DNA of 64,000 nt from Lama guanicoe (lineage: Eukaryota): the NCBI GenBank assembly GCA_013239625.1, contig MU054187.1, forward strand, positions 13,548,974-13,612,973, given 5' to 3'. The notes below the pieces were generated by a model, which was not told the origin of the DNA, did not search any database, and worked only from the letters and a program-made list of their open reading frames with translations. Below are positions 37,011-50,736 of this stretch, in pieces; within the stretch, counting starts at the first letter, position 1; each line of letters starts with the position of its first letter. Both the position numbers and the translations under genes were made by a program.

Positions 37011-38124
37011 GGATCCTGTCTACCTCTGCTATCACACTTTATTCAATGGCTGTGACCTCCTTGAAGGCAAGGAATATTCTTACAGCACTCTACAGAATGA
37101 GTGCCAAGCCTCAAGGAGAGAACTTAAACCACAGTCTGTACTGAGCCCACGGAAGTGTTTTGTTCACCCTGCACCGTGTTTGTAAAAATTCGAAGTTAAC
37201 ATTAGGACCCCTGCCTGGGTGGCATTCCTGCGTGGGAATGACCCTGAACTGGAGGCAGCTCTGGAGAGTCTCCAGCTCACTCTGGTCCTCTGGCCTCCTC
37301 CTCGCTCCCAGCACTGCTGTCAGTTGCCTCATTTCTTTGACTTGTTTCCAAGTCAAAGGAGCAATAAGCATTTTTGGAATGACTGAAGACATTTATAGAT
37401 TAAATGACTGTAAGAGAAAGCTTTTCAAAAAAAAAAAAAGCCTTTCATGGAAAGAGGGTGGGTTGGGGTGAATTTATAAAATTCTAATGATAAATCCCAA
37501 GCAGAGTCATTCATTTTCATGATTGTAAATGTCTCCAAGTGGTTCTCTGCCTTCTTCCAAGGCCAAAGTAGTCACTATTTCTATATGTGCCACTCAACGT
37601 CCATCTCAGATACATTTTATGTAATTGATCCTGTTAGGAAATGCAGAACTGTAACTTCCAGGTGCTACAGGCTATGTTTTTGGTTTATACAAAGCTAATT
37701 TCAGATACCTCCAAATTAAGGGCTCTCGTTCATTTGAAAACATTCTATGGTAACCATTTATAACAAAATACGGATTCAGATTGAATAATCTTTCCATCAG
37801 AATCTTTATAATATTTGCTCCCTGCCGCTATGACAGCCATTTGGCATCACTTCCCATTGCATCAATAAAGCAAATTATTTCCTGAAGTAGTTTCACTGAT
37901 GTGTAAGTCCGGAAGCCCCTTCTAATTGTAGTTAAATGATGCTGTTTAAAAAGCGACAGTCTTCAGAGGGCTGTTTTGGGGCAGAGAGAGAAGTCTCTTT
38001 TGTCTGGGAAAAGCCAAATAGCATATGTGAGAAGTTTTTATTACCTGAGGGGTTCTTGAACCAAGGGGAGTTGATATGGCATCCACAGTGTTTCATAAAA
38101 TATCCCTTAAAAAGTCACTGGAAA

Positions 38125-38394
38125 CATACAGAACAAACTTATAGTTACCAGGGGGAAAGGGGTGGGTGGAGGGATAAATTGGGAGCTCAGGATTTGCAAA
38201 TACACACTACTATATATAAAATAGATAAACAAGGTCCTACTGTATAGCACAGGGAACTGTATTCAATATCTTGTAATAGCCTATAATGAAAAAGAACATG
38301 AAAAGGAATATGTATATATGTATAACTGAACCACAATGCTGTACACCAGAACTTAACACAACATTGTAAATTGACTATACTTCAATAAAAATAT
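38125..38394 (+). mobile_element. Cetartiodactyl L1 3' end (older, outer element)
   Basis: acaaacttatagttaccagggggaaagg...gggataaattgggag...aacaaggtcctactgtatagcacagggaac. Outer TSD GTCACT(G/A)GAAA at 38114-38124 / 38825-38835. Confidence 0.9.
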
Positions 38395-38403
38395 AAAAAT
38401 TTA

Positions 38404-38805
38404 TTTGCAGCAACATGCATGCTCTTGGAGAATGTCATTCTAAGTGAAGTAACCCAGAAAGAGAAAGAAAAATACCATATGAGATCGCTCATACGTGGAA
38501 TCTAAAAAAAAAAAAAAGCATAAATACAAATCAGAAATAGACTCAGAGACATAGAATATAAACTTGTGGTTGCCAAGGGGGCAGGGGGTGGGAAGAGATA
38601 GACTGGGATTTCAAAATTGTAGAATAGATAAACAAGATTATACTGTAGAGCACAGGGAAATATACACAAGATCTTATGGTAGCTCACAGAGAAAAAAATG
38701 TGACAATGAATATATATATGTTCACGTATAACTGAAAAATTGTGCTCTACACTGGAATTTGACACAACATTGTAAAATGATTATAAATCAATAAAAAATG
38801 TTTAC
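38404..38805 (+). mobile_element. Young camelid-type L1 3' end inserted into the tail of the previous L1
   Basis: gcagcaacatg...ggagaatgtcattctaagtgaagtaa...gaaaaaaatgtgacaatgaatatatatatgttc...acactggaatttgacacaacattgtaaaatgattataaatcaataaaaaatg. TSD AAAAATTTA at 38395-38403 / 38806-38814. Confidence 0.9.
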
Positions 38806-39822
38806 AAAAATTTAGAAAAAGAATGTCACTAGAAAAAATAGAAGCAAGTAAGTAGGAAAAAAGTTATTGACTATTTTAAAATAAAATTATTCCTAAACAC
38901 ATAAATAAATATTCTTCCACAATATATATGGAGATAAGCAGTATACATTTTAGAGATTGTAAGAAAATTGCCCTTTATAAATGGAAGAGATATAGGTAAA
39001 TAAGTTATTATAACCATACAATAATAACTTACCTTTGACTTTATAGATTGTTACGTTTCTAGGGGACAGGGCTTCACTGTGTGCAGAAGTCCGGAAAGTA
39101 GGGACCTTAGAAAATGGACCCCTTTATGAGGAGAAGGGAAACACTGCAGTTGGTCTTTGCCAGACCTTGGAGGCATAAAACCTGTTATAAATTCAAGGGA
39201 GTCCTGTGATATGACTCTACGACCCAGGGTCTTTTTTCTGTCCAGCGTATTATTAATGAAAAGCTTCAAAAGTGATAGATGTGTTCCTGTTAAATGTCCA
39301 GCTTAGTAGTTAATTATTAATGTATGTATTGTCCCCAGGTGCCTCACACTGAGCCCTATACATAACAGTTGCTCAAGAGATAGTTGTTTAATTTCCTGCA
39401 TCTGACTTGGGGCCCCCCCCAGCAGGAGTGTAGCTAAAGTGTCTCTCCGTGAGAGGCACCATTTAATTAGTGGGCCTCCTGGTCAATAGAACCTTGAATG
39501 CAAATATCTCTAGTAGAGCCTAGAACGTACTAGAGCAACAGTAAGCAAGAAGCGGAGAATGCCGACCCCAGAGCATGGAGTGGGACTGCTGGGCGGTTTT
39601 CTATGTAGTTAATGAAATTGTGGAGGGAGATCAGGTAGATGGATAGGCATGTATGTGTAGAAATGAAAGAACTGGATTTAATTAAAACCTGTCTACCTGT
39701 TTCTTTCTCCTCTCCATCTGTCTATCTATCTATCACTTATAGGAATACAGTCATCACAAATTCTATACACAAATTCTGGTAGTTGCTTTTTAATTCTTCC
39801 TAAGGAACTGGTTCAAGGGGGC

Positions 39823-40277
39823 TATTAGTTTGCGAGGGCTAAAAAGTCTTGCCTCACAATTCTGGAGGCTGGGAGTCCAAGATTAAGTTTTTGGCAGGAT
39901 TGATTCCCTCAGGAGGTTGTGAGGGAGACTCTGCCCCATGTCCCTCCTGGCGTCTGGGGGTTTGCTGGCCCTCTTTGATGTTCCTTCACCAGTAGATGCC
40001 TCAGCTGGATCTCTGCTTCCCTTGTCATGTGGTGCCCTCCCCGCGCGCATCTGTCTCTGGGTCCAAACTTCCGCTTTTGATAAGGACACCAGTCACTGAA
40101 TTAGGGACCCACCCCACTTTAGGATGACCTCATCTTAACTACATAATTATATCTGCAGTGACCCTGTTTCCATATCAGGCCACCTTCTGAGGTATTGGAG
40201 ATCAGACCTTAAACATGTGAGGTTTGTTTCGTTTTTGTGTTTGTTTTTTGGTGGGGAACACAGTTCAACCCGTGACA
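39823..40277 (-). mobile_element. MLT1C-like LTR
   Basis: tctggaggctgggagtccaagat...taaggacaccagtca...gatgacctcatcttaact...gggaacacagttcaacccgtgaca. Confidence 0.88.
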
Positions 40278-42295
40278 CCAGGGATGCTCAAGATGGCGTC
40301 TGTGTTCCCCTTTCCTGTGCTTTCCAGACCCCAGCAGCCCTCCTCTCTCTGTCTCCTACTGGTCTTTCCTCGGGTCAAAGTACCCTGGGGTGGTTGCTGC
40401 TTCATATCAGAAACTTCATGACAAATGGGAATTCTTGGGTCAGGCAAGAAGGTTTTAAGAGCAGTCTTCATTGGCTCTGGGTGAAGGGGGTGCCCCTCAG
40501 CTATGAGGTCTGGGGGTCCATCACCGGTTAGGTGTCAGTGGGACTGGCTTCTCTGGGGGACCGTGCTGGGTGAGAGCGCTGCTCGCTGCCTCCCTCCACT
40601 CTGCTGCCTGACGTCGTGGTGGGCCGTGGCCACGGGAGGAGAGTACCTGCCAGACGGAGTTGGAAGGGCCTCTTTGCTGCCCAGAAACACGCTCTGACAG
40701 GCGTCCTGCCTGTGACCATTGATCTGCGTCCAGGGACTTTCTCCTGGTCTGCGTGGATTATTTGATAACACCACCAGGTTCATCACTACCCTTAGGTTTA
40801 GACATTCAAAAATAAGTGTCTCATTCCCTCTACAGAGATGCCATCCTTGCCAGCTTGCCATTATGAATATAAATAGAAAGAGAAATTGGGAAATTTTACA
40901 AACCTAAATTAAAGGATGGTGGGTTTCCTTTTATCTATACAACCTATGGCCCAGTCACGATTAGAAATAACATTTCTCATGTTTGGTGTTCTTCCCTAAA
41001 GGTTATGCTAGCTAGATATGATAGAAGTTTATTTTACATTACTCTCTTAGGTAATAATCAGCAGCATTTATTAAGCTCATGCTAAGTCAGTCATTACACA
41101 GCAGAATTTTAGTTATTAAGAATCCTTGGGGGAGAAGTCAGTCTAAAGAGCTGAATTTCTGGGTGATTGGATGTGATCACTTTTCAGCAGTAAACCTCAA
41201 ATAAATCAGTAAATAAATAATCTCTGGATATGAGTTTTCCTGGCTAAAAATCTATGTTTTGCTACTTACCTTAAAAGCTATTTACCTTTAACTTCTGTTG
41301 AAAATGTGTTCATCAGTATGAAAATAAACTATTGTTCCGAATTTTAGCCATTATCACAGAATCTGCCCCCAAATATGACTGTCCCTACACTAAAACATCA
41401 ATAAAATCACCCAAAATTTCTCTTTGGAAATCTTAGATTAGATTCTGATTTTTTTCCTGCCTTGTCCTTAGATGTTGGGTTTTTGTATATAGCCATATTA
41501 ACCCTCTTGTTTGGAACCTACTTAAATTAACCCTTTTGCTGCTTCTCATCTAAAGGAGAAACCAGGTGCTCAAACTTGTTAGATTTCTATGCAAAGTGAG
41601 CAGAACTGGGTTTGGCTCAGGCACCACGGGTGAGATAGTCATAAGCGTTAGTGTTTGGATACTCTGAGACTTATTTGGGTTTCTTAGATTCTCTCAGTAC
41701 TTTTTCTCAGCTTCTTTTCTGTCTGTTAGTTGTGTCCCCAGAAATCTGAGGTTTCCAGACACCTGAGTCCTGAAGAAGCGAGGCGCCATCCTACTAATCA
41801 GTAATAACAAATGTGCTTTCACGTGCATGAGCTCTTCTTCTCTGAACCCAGTTCTTATGTCAGACTTTCTTAAGAATATTAAGTCTCCACTTTTGAAGAG
41901 TTAACGATCTTATTGGACTACACAAGGCACCCAAACGAAGAAAACTGAGAACATTTACAAAGGATTAGACATTTAAAGATCATAATAGAACATTTACAGG
42001 GCATTAAATGGAGTAGTACAGGGCTGAAATTAATAAGGAAAGAAGTACCTTCCCCATGGGACCGAAGAGGAGGCAAGATGAGAGGGCTCTGAGGGAGCAG
42101 GGGGTCAGATGGAAATATGTAAATGGAAGAGCTCTTGGTACCAGATGAGGAGGAATGAAAGCAGAGAGTCAAAAACTAGTTCCTAAGAAATGCACCTTGG
42201 TGACTAAGGGCTGGGGAACGTAATAGGGAAAGAGCTGCAGGGCAGGAGGTCCGATGTAGTTAACTGCTTCTCACATCTCTGTGTTTTGTAACAGA

Positions 42296-42490
42296 AACAC
42301 ACTACTGTATAAAAAGAGGTAAACAACGAAGACCTACTGTATAGCACAGAGAACTGTATTCAGTACCTTGTAATAACCTATAAAGGAAAAGAATCTGAAA
42401 ATGAATATATATAAGTATAATTGAATCACTTTGCTGTACACAGGAAACTAACACATTATAAATCAACTCTATGTCAATTTGAATAAATAA
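42296..42490 (+). mobile_element. Cetartiodactyl L1 3' end
   Basis: gacctactgtatagcacagagaactgtattcagtaccttgtaataacctataaaggaaaagaatctgaaa...tgaatcactttgctgtacac. Confidence 0.88.
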
Positions 42491-44892
42491 ATACATAGTC
42501 TGTGTGCTTTGTATTCCTTTCTGCTGGTAGAGGATTCATATGTGTTATTTCCCAAACACAGCAGAGTTTCAGTTATACTTTCATCCCCTCCCCAGCATGT
42601 TTAGCAGGGGCTGCAATTAATTTCGGTGCAACTAGATGCAAATCAGGCAGTGCCCTCAGCTGCCCTGTGTACTTCCTTGTGGCTTCATCTCTTTTCTTAC
42701 GCCTCCATCCCCACTATCATGGCCTCTATAGTTTCTCTGGAGGTTCCACTGGGTGGGGGTTCCTCTCCTACAGGAGCCCAGCCTAACACTTCTCATAGTG
42801 TTGTTACCAAGGATACAGTATTACTAAGGACAATGATATTTCTGCATCCTTGGTGCCCCGTGCACCATTCGGGTAGAACTGGCACTTAATACCCAAGTGT
42901 AAGAAGCAGAGCTATTTGGTCAATCCATACCAAATTGCCAATATTTGATCATCTTACACCTACAAAATCTCTCATAAAATTCAATCTCATATTTTTATCC
43001 CTACTCCCCGTGAAAGAAACTTCCATGTACTGCTCTCTTGGCCCTCTGGCTTGTGGTTCCATAGACCCTCTCATCCAAGAAAGAGTTCATGGGGTGATGC
43101 TGTTACACAATTCAGTGTTTTTCCAACCTTATTCCAAGTTTATCAGAGTTTATTTACTCTTGAAAAAAAAAAAACCTGCTTGTCCTTTCTCAACAGACAG
43201 ATACATATATATTTGCCTGTACCAATTGTGTCCAGTGTTGTAGCAGCAAGGGGATTAAGATTTATAAAATTAAGAAAGCCACTGGCTTCATTATCACGTT
43301 TCTTCAGCTATCTGTTTAAGAAATCTTTTGCAAAATTTTTCTTTGAGGACACAACATTTCAACTTGTATTATGAAAAATTCTTCCCCGCTTTGGAAATCA
43401 AGCCACAGCCATTACTTAATGAGGTTTACAAACAGGATTAATAAAATCCACACTGCATCTCGTGCTCCATCTGTTTCCTTTAAAGCAAAGATTGCTTCTT
43501 TTCCATGTGGAAATGTTGAAACACATTCCTCTTAGATAGCATCTGAGGAATGAGTTTTCCAAAAGTACTTACAATCGCAGAATTTTGAACTGAAGATGAG
43601 ATTAGAAATAATCTATTCCAACTTTCAGATTTTTTACCATATGAAACAGACAAGCAAATGAAGGAACTCATCCAAAGTATAACACTAGTTGGTAGAAGCA
43701 CTGGGATTGTCATCCAAATTTTTAAAATCCTAGTCAAATTTATTGCCATGTCTACTGAATTCAAGACCGAGTCATGGAGAAGCAAGAATGATCAACACCT
43801 AGAGTCCTTGGTCATCATCAAGGCCCCTGCCCTAGACGCGGCCAGCCAGGTACCACGCAGAGAAATGGAAGCTTCCTGTGTTCTTCTCCTCTTTAGAATT
43901 TCATGGGAGTTGGTGTTCACTGGGAGCTCTGAGTTCATTTGCTGACAACTGGGGCTGTTACTAAATTAGTTACCCAGAATGGCAAGTAACCAAAGGTGGC
44001 TCACAGTGGTAGGTGGGAGATGTGACTATATTAAGTGTGAAACTGGACACTGAAATACGGTGGCTCCGATGGGATTCCTGTGGGAGCAAGAATGTTGCAT
44101 TTGCATGTGAACAGAAAACAAATGGCGCTCCCCTGTCGGGAATGATGCTGTTCAGCCACCCATGCTGAGGACTGCAGTGTGCACTCTGACTTAACATAAT
44201 GGGACAACATCTGGAAAAAGGGTTCCTTGCTTGCCTCTTGAGAGGCTCAGAGATTCCTGGAGTTCCCTAGATTTGGAGGCATGCCAGGTTAGTCCCAGGA
44301 TGTCTGCTGAGCTCAGAGTGCTTCCAATCTAAATAAGAATATGAAGATTGAAGTCACCCTAGAAGTAGGAGGAACTCAGGGATTTCATTCATATCAACCT
44401 TCAACATCTTCTCTTTAAAGCCAATTTCAATTCATAGGTGTTTAGAACCAATTTTCCTAGGGTTGGATAGAATCTAAACCTAACGCTATAGGAATCTGGA
44501 TTGGCTCAGGTTCAAGGGTTTGATCTGGATCTGACACATACAGTTGAAATGCATAGTGGTCCTAAAAAAAGACTTATTTCTAAGTATAAAAGAAGAAGCT
44601 GTCATACTTATGCAGGTCTGGTTGCTTTTTTATTAATGAAATGTAAACTGTTCTTTCACTTTCTTTTTACCATGGACATTAAGATAAGACTTGAGAAATT
44701 GACACAAATACATGAATTAAATGATTACCTTTGGTCCTAGTAGCCTGATAATATCATATAACTATATGCTATTGAAAGTAGAAAAGAGTATGAATTTAAT
44801 TTAAAAGAATTTGATAGTTTAAAAACTTTTCATCTGAGGAGATTAGCTAGATTCCTACTTGCCATTATTCTTTCACATGCTTCTTGATCAGC

Positions 44893-45369
44893 GTGACAGA
44901 TTCTGCTGGTCACCTCCCCAATACATCCTCCCCTTCTTGTTTTAATAAGGCCCCAGGACTAACTGGGCACAGAAAAAAAGACACAATTCTTTGCCTCCCT
45001 GGCAGCAAGTTTCAGCCATGCTACTAAGTTTTGACAAAGGAATTAAAAACATAAGTGTTATATGCCATTTTGAGGAAATTTCTTTAATAAGGCAGGACGT
45101 ACTCTTCTCCACTTCTCTTCTTTCTTCCTTTCTTCTGCATTGAGTATGGATTTTATACGATGGCTGGAGCTCTAGAAGCCATCTTGTGCCACATGGAAGA
45201 GGACTGGTAGAGTAAATAAAAGAAAGGCTGGACCTTGGATGATTATGTAGCTGCCTAAGGAGCTGTACTGTAAATGTTTGAATTTCTTTTTCATGAGAGA
45301 GAAATTAGCTTCCTTCTTGCTTAAGCCTTTGTTTAATCATAGGGACTAAATGCAATCCTAAACCATGCA
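44893..45369 (+). mobile_element. MLT1J-like LTR
   Basis: ctccccttctt...gcctccctggcagcaag...gccatgctactaagtt...gatggctggagctctagaagccatcttg...catgagagagaaat. Confidence 0.75.
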
Positions 45370-46247
45370 ATAATTCAATTTATCAGTGGTATCTTCTCTA
45401 AGAACTTACTGAAAATTTATATTTGATAGAAGCAACTGTACTGCATAAATGGGGAATTTATACCTTTTCTCTAGTAGTATGAGGTGTACCTCACTCACTC
45501 TTGCCTTGGGAAGAGAAATCGCTGATTTTATTGGTGAGTTTAGGGAAAGGACACAGCACGCACTGGTCTCTTTTTCAGGCGGGGCTGGTCCCAGCCCCTC
45601 CTGTGGTCAGTTTACCGCTATTGGCTCTGCCCACAGCAGGAGAACTTAATAGTCACCGAGGGAGAGTAAACTGCAGTGAGGAGGTTATTTGTGGCCTCAC
45701 ACCTCCCATCTAGCTGTATCAATATGTAAACTGACGTTTTTCAAGTCTTTTTCACCTGTAAGTTCTATTTTCCAGCGTTTGCTTTTTCTCCCGAAGAGCC
45801 TTATTATATTATTTTCTAAATAATCATCTCTTAGATTAGTTAAATGACATTCCTATCATTTTAGCTCCAAGATAAAGTCAATGCTAGCACTTCTGCGATG
45901 CTCAGCACTTACCCTGATACCCATTCACCTCCCCACCTGCAGCAGTGGTTTCCTGACTCCCCGCAGCGTGATCCTCACCAGTTTACAAACCCTGGATTGG
46001 GCACAACTAGGGGGTCCTGTCTGCGTTGTATTTACTTGTTTGTACCCAATGCTCTATACAATTGCTGACCGTAGTGCAGTTGAATCAATCAGTAATTGAA
46101 TGAATGAATGGTCAAATTAATTTTTTTAAAATTGTACCTTCTCCAAACACCATATGGGGAGCCTGAATGATTGTCCCTGCCTTCCTGCCTCTTCCAGCCT
46201 GGCCCCAGGCCCCTCTCCCCTACCTTTTCTTACATTTCAGTCTCAGG

Positions 46248-46408
46248 CCATTGGTTCTTAACTTTGTCTACACGTTGATATCACCTGGTGGCTAAAAACA
46301 CTGATGCCTTTGCCCTGTACCTGGAGATTTTATTTGCTTGGTCTGCGGTGTGACTCTTTTACAACAGTCCCGGAGATCCTATCCTGCAGCCAGAGTTGAG
46401 AATGAATG
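46248..46408. mobile_element. MER5B-like hAT-Charlie element
   Basis: cattggttcttaacttt...atcacctgg...ctgatgcct...tgcagccagagttgagaa. Confidence 0.65.
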
Positions 46409-46720
46409 CCTCCCTCGCGTTGACAGAGCACCAACAGCTCTGGTTCTCTCCACTTATCTCTTGTTTGGACAGTTCTTATCCTGTCCCCGCCCCCACACTA
46501 TGCCCCTGCCTTTGAAGCTGATGCTGTATGTAAGCTTTCTGTAAATTATGTTTAAAATCAGTCATTCACAGGATAAAAGCAGATTTCTCCCAAAGATATA
46601 GGTATTTAGATTGTGCTTCTGGCTTGGTGTCATAAAGAAAAATGGTTAATTAAGGGCATCACAAATTAGCCTGTTTCAGTTGGATTGAGCCAAGAGCGCG
46701 CCCGGTTTAGCTGCAGCACT

Positions 46721-46736
46721 GCTGCCACCTGCTGGA
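46721..46736 (-). promoter_or_regulatory. Candidate CTCF site
   Basis: Minus strand reads TCCAGCAGGTGGCAGC, fitting the CTCF core CCASYAGRKGGCRS, in unique, locally CpG-enriched sequence. Confidence 0.65.
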
Positions 46737-47706
46737 AGCCTTCAGAACAACAGCTTTTCTGCGCTCTTCCTTTTGTTTTCCTTCTGCGCTTGTTGAACAT
46801 GACCAGTTATTTGCCGCCACACGCACACACTCACAAAAACACAGTTAGCCGTTTATAGTTTCCTGTTGTTAATCAGGCACTCACTTTCTATGTGCAGTGA
46901 GCCACACAGCCTCATGCTTAGGTCAGCCAGACTGTCCAGCATCCTCCACTTGGTCAGCATCTCCTGGGTAATGATTTGATTATTAAAAGCAAGATAAATA
47001 CCCTAGCAAATGAACTATTTAGTGAATCCCTACCTTCATCCTCTAAGCCATTACCATAAAAGATGTTAATTTAATTTTAATGGTTTATTGTTATCACCAG
47101 TATTTCTTCTCAGCAGAGGCTAGCACTAATACTCTCCAATACGAAGGATAATTTATCAAGAAACACACATTTAGGAAGATATTTTTAACTTTTAACCTAC
47201 TGTTTCCCTGGTGAAATAGTATTGTAGGACCCTCTGACCTCACTTTATAATAATGAGCAATTTAAAAAGTTTAGGTCATTGGTTTGGATTAGAAATGGTG
47301 AAAGAATTTTTTCTAAAAACCAAGTATTCCTGACAGACAAAAGGCATCTGCTGTTTTATGTCATGTGGCAGATTTTGAGACGGTAAATGCAAACTTCAAA
47401 TGCTCAGACTTTTCCTAATCACCCAGAGGATGGCTGGATATCCAAATTTTATTGACTCCAAACATACAAGGGAAAAGAATGCACCTCCCCTAATTCAGTA
47501 ATGCTAAATACTGCTTTCCTTTTAGCTCCACGTAATTTCATCCTTCAAAGGCTTTACTCCTAATACTATAATGTCTTACATTTTGCACGTAAAAATACAT
47601 AAATCACTGTAACCACATCTATAATTTTCCTGCTAGTGAACTACATTTTGATTAGCACATGACTCCTTCCTTGGGCAATAACAGAACAATTTGTCATATT
47701 CTAGAT

Positions 47707-47888
47707 CAGTACTGTCCAACAAAACTTTCTACCATGGTGATAATATTAGACCTACACTGTCCAAAACAGTGGCCACTAGCCACATGTGGCTGTTGAGCAT
47801 TTTAAATGTGCTTGTGCTACTGAGAAACTCAGTTTCTAACTCTATTAACTTTGAATTAATTGAAATGTATAAAGCCAGGAGAATACAG
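47707..47888 (+). mobile_element. MER3 hAT-Charlie DNA transposon
   Basis: cagtactgtccaacaaaactttct...ggccactagccacatgtggctgttgagca...aaatgtg. Perfect 8-bp TSD TTCTAGAT at 47699-47706 and 47889-47896. Confidence 0.9.
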
Positions 47889-48199
47889 TTCTAGATGGTA
47901 CAGATGATTTTGTCGGTGGATCAAATTGCTTCTCCTGACGTCAAATTGACTAATGTTACTTTGTGCGTTAAAGCTTGCTCCACTGTTTTAAATGCATTTA
48001 CTCGGAAAAGACTGTCTCAGAATTAAACTTTTAAAAGAAGTTTTCAGTCTTGTTCCTGATTGAAGTCTTTATCAGATTCTCCCTAATCTCTCTGTTTCTT
48101 TCTAACGTTCACTGCTGCCACCCCCAGCCTGTGGCTTCACACCTCTTTAAACTGATGGATTCTTTTTTGTTGTTCTTTGGCCCTCCCATCCAAGTTCTG

Positions 48200-49180
48200 C
48201 TTCTGACCGTTGACTTCTGTGTTCTTACACATTCTCCCGGCGTTACCCCATTCACTTCATGGTTTTAATTCCCATTTCTCTGTTGTTGATTTCCTAATCT
48301 GTAGCAGCAGCCCAGACCTCAGCTTTCCATGTCAGCACATTTCCAGCTGCTTAGTGGATACCTCCACGTGGAGGGTTCCAATAAAATATCCAAAACTAAA
48401 CTTATATTCCTCTAAGTGGGCTCTTTGTATAGACCATATTACAGCCAATCAATTACCACGCCAGGTACTGAGCTCCGCCTTCACCTTCTTCTCCTCCCTC
48501 TCCTGCATATAATCAATCACCACGTTTTACTAGTTTTGATAGTGCTCAAATCCATCTCCCTCTCTCCCACGGCAGCAGCGTTTCCTTATTTTGTCTGCCT
48601 CAAATCCTCTCTCCACACAGCTATGTCTTTTTATAGCCAGCTTCTGCCACTTAACACCTTCCGAAGGCTCCTGAGTCACCCAAGGATCAAGTTCAAACCT
48701 CTTCGTGTATCTTGCAGTGTTTCCACGACCTGCTCCCCCAGCTATCCAGCCTTGATTCTCACCATCTGGTCTCACGCTTTGCCCTGCCGTGATTTCAACT
48801 GCTTATAACTCCCTGAACACCCCACTGTGTTTCCCGTCTCTCTTTTCATACCTCGGAGGCTGTATTCATTCCACTCCCACCATTGGAACCATTGTCTGTC
48901 CCTCACACAGAGACAAATCCCTCATTTCCTGGCTATTTTCTCCTTATTCAGGCACAACTCAGGCAGCATCTCCCCTGGGAAGCCTTCCCTCAACGCCCAG
49001 GCTAAGCCCAGGCACCCTACTCCAGCTCTTCACGTATCTTTATCTTGGCAATTCTAATTGTTGGCTTTCTCATTCAGCTGCTTAAAAGCAAGGATTTTAA
49101 AAAAAAAAAACCTATCTTATTCAGTGACTGCACCCAGTAGATGCTCAAACCCAAAATTTTTATCGAACTTTTGAATGAAG
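48200..49180 (+). mobile_element. L2 LINE relic
   Basis: Pyrimidine-rich L2-like text (cagcccagacctc, catttccagctgc, cctgggaagccttccct) ending in cagtagatgctcaa...ttgaatgaa. Confidence 0.65.
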
Positions 49181-50556
49181 CTCATGATCAAATTGGAAGA
49201 ACCGCTCCTTTCATCCGAGGAAGTGTGCAGGGAAGTGGGGGGTGGGTCTGTAAGGAGGAAAGTTATGCAGCAGCCCTGGGTAGGACTTGCCTGTATCCAA
49301 GTGCACTAACTTCCCAGTCACGACAGAGCTCTTCGCGAAATCATCCCAAGTGACCTGTAGTGCATCTCAAATGTTTGCTATGAGATTCAGTATCTAAAGG
49401 CAGTTCTACCAAATAGTGCAGGGGAGGGAGCATCGAAGACACTCACTAAGGGAGAGGAATTTGCATGGCTTACCTTTATACATGTGTCTCAAAGCTTGAT
49501 TATGAGCACTTAGCCTTGGCCCTGCACCTCGCCAGGTTCGGCAATTCACAGTAGATGGATTCCTGGTGACTCCAGACTGAAGCCGGCACAGGAACCACTG
49601 GGCTAGCTCAGGGTCTGGAAGCTTCCTGGCCTGCTTCCACTCTTCACCCTGTGACCTCTGTGCTAAACATCACACCCGAGCCCCAGATCCACACTCTATG
49701 CACAGAGCTCCATCTCCGTGGACAGCCTTTTCAATTCCCAGATCGGCCTCCCTGTCAAGAACAGTGAATTTCTCTTCTACATCAGAAGCCAAAACAGTTA
49801 AAACTTTGCCAACCCTAAGGCATTACATTCGGAGGATGCCTGCCTTCCTTCTCATTCTGGGTAGCCCCAGTGTAGGACAACTTCGTGTGCAAGCGGTCAC
49901 CGTTGGCATAGAATGAGTCATTAGTCATTGTAGGACTGCACTCTGGGGACTCTAGAAAATGATGCTCAGAACTGGAGGGCCTTCCAGAAGCTCAGGCCTC
50001 AGCAAGGAGACCAGCAGGCGGGGCAAGGGCCCAACGGGAGCATGAGGCTCTGCAGGTGCGGGGGACACGGGTTGAGGTGTCGGAGCTCGTTGTGCAGACA
50101 GAGCTGCTGAGCAGCCACGGCCCAGGTGAAGACGCAGCTGGGGAGAGCAGACGTGTTCTCCCCTTAGGACTTTTCATGTGGGGAAAGGACAGTTTGAACG
50201 GGTTCGCTGTCTGCTTGCTGGGTCTGCAGTTCGCTGTACACGTGCCACAGACGCTGCCTTTAGATGGTTAGTATGGGGCAGCTAGACAGCGAGGGCTGGA
50301 GTGGTTGCCCCCCGCTTCCATCTGCAGGCAGGGCCACGGAGGAAACTGGAAGACTGTCTTAGAATTCAATTAGCTTATTCACAGACTCCCGAGTTTAAAA
50401 ATTCCAAATAGTTTCTAGGTGACAATACAAGTGATACGGGTGTCCTGTAGGTGTGCTGGGAGGGAAAACACGTGATAAATATGCAGAATTCAAAAACACA
50501 GGGAAGTGGTATTGAGGTGCCCTGTCTGAGGTCGGTTCCTCACTCACCCCCTCGGG

Positions 50557-50736
50557 CAGTGGTTCTCAAACAATAGACTGTATCGCAGTCCCCCGAGGGC
50601 AGGTGGCTGCCCTCCTTCCACCCCACCCCCAAGTTTCCTGTGGGTCTGGGTGGGGCCTGAGAATTAGCATTCCTAAAACACCCCCATGGAGCCTGATAAC
50701 GTGAGTCTGGGGACCAGGTTTTTATGAGAACCACTC
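50557..50736. mobile_element. MER5A hAT-Charlie element
   Basis: TIRs CAGTGGTTCTCAAA / TGAGAACCACT. Internal gggtctgggtggggcctgagaatt. 8-bp TSD CCCT(C/A)GGG at 50549-50556 / 50737-50744. Confidence 0.88.
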
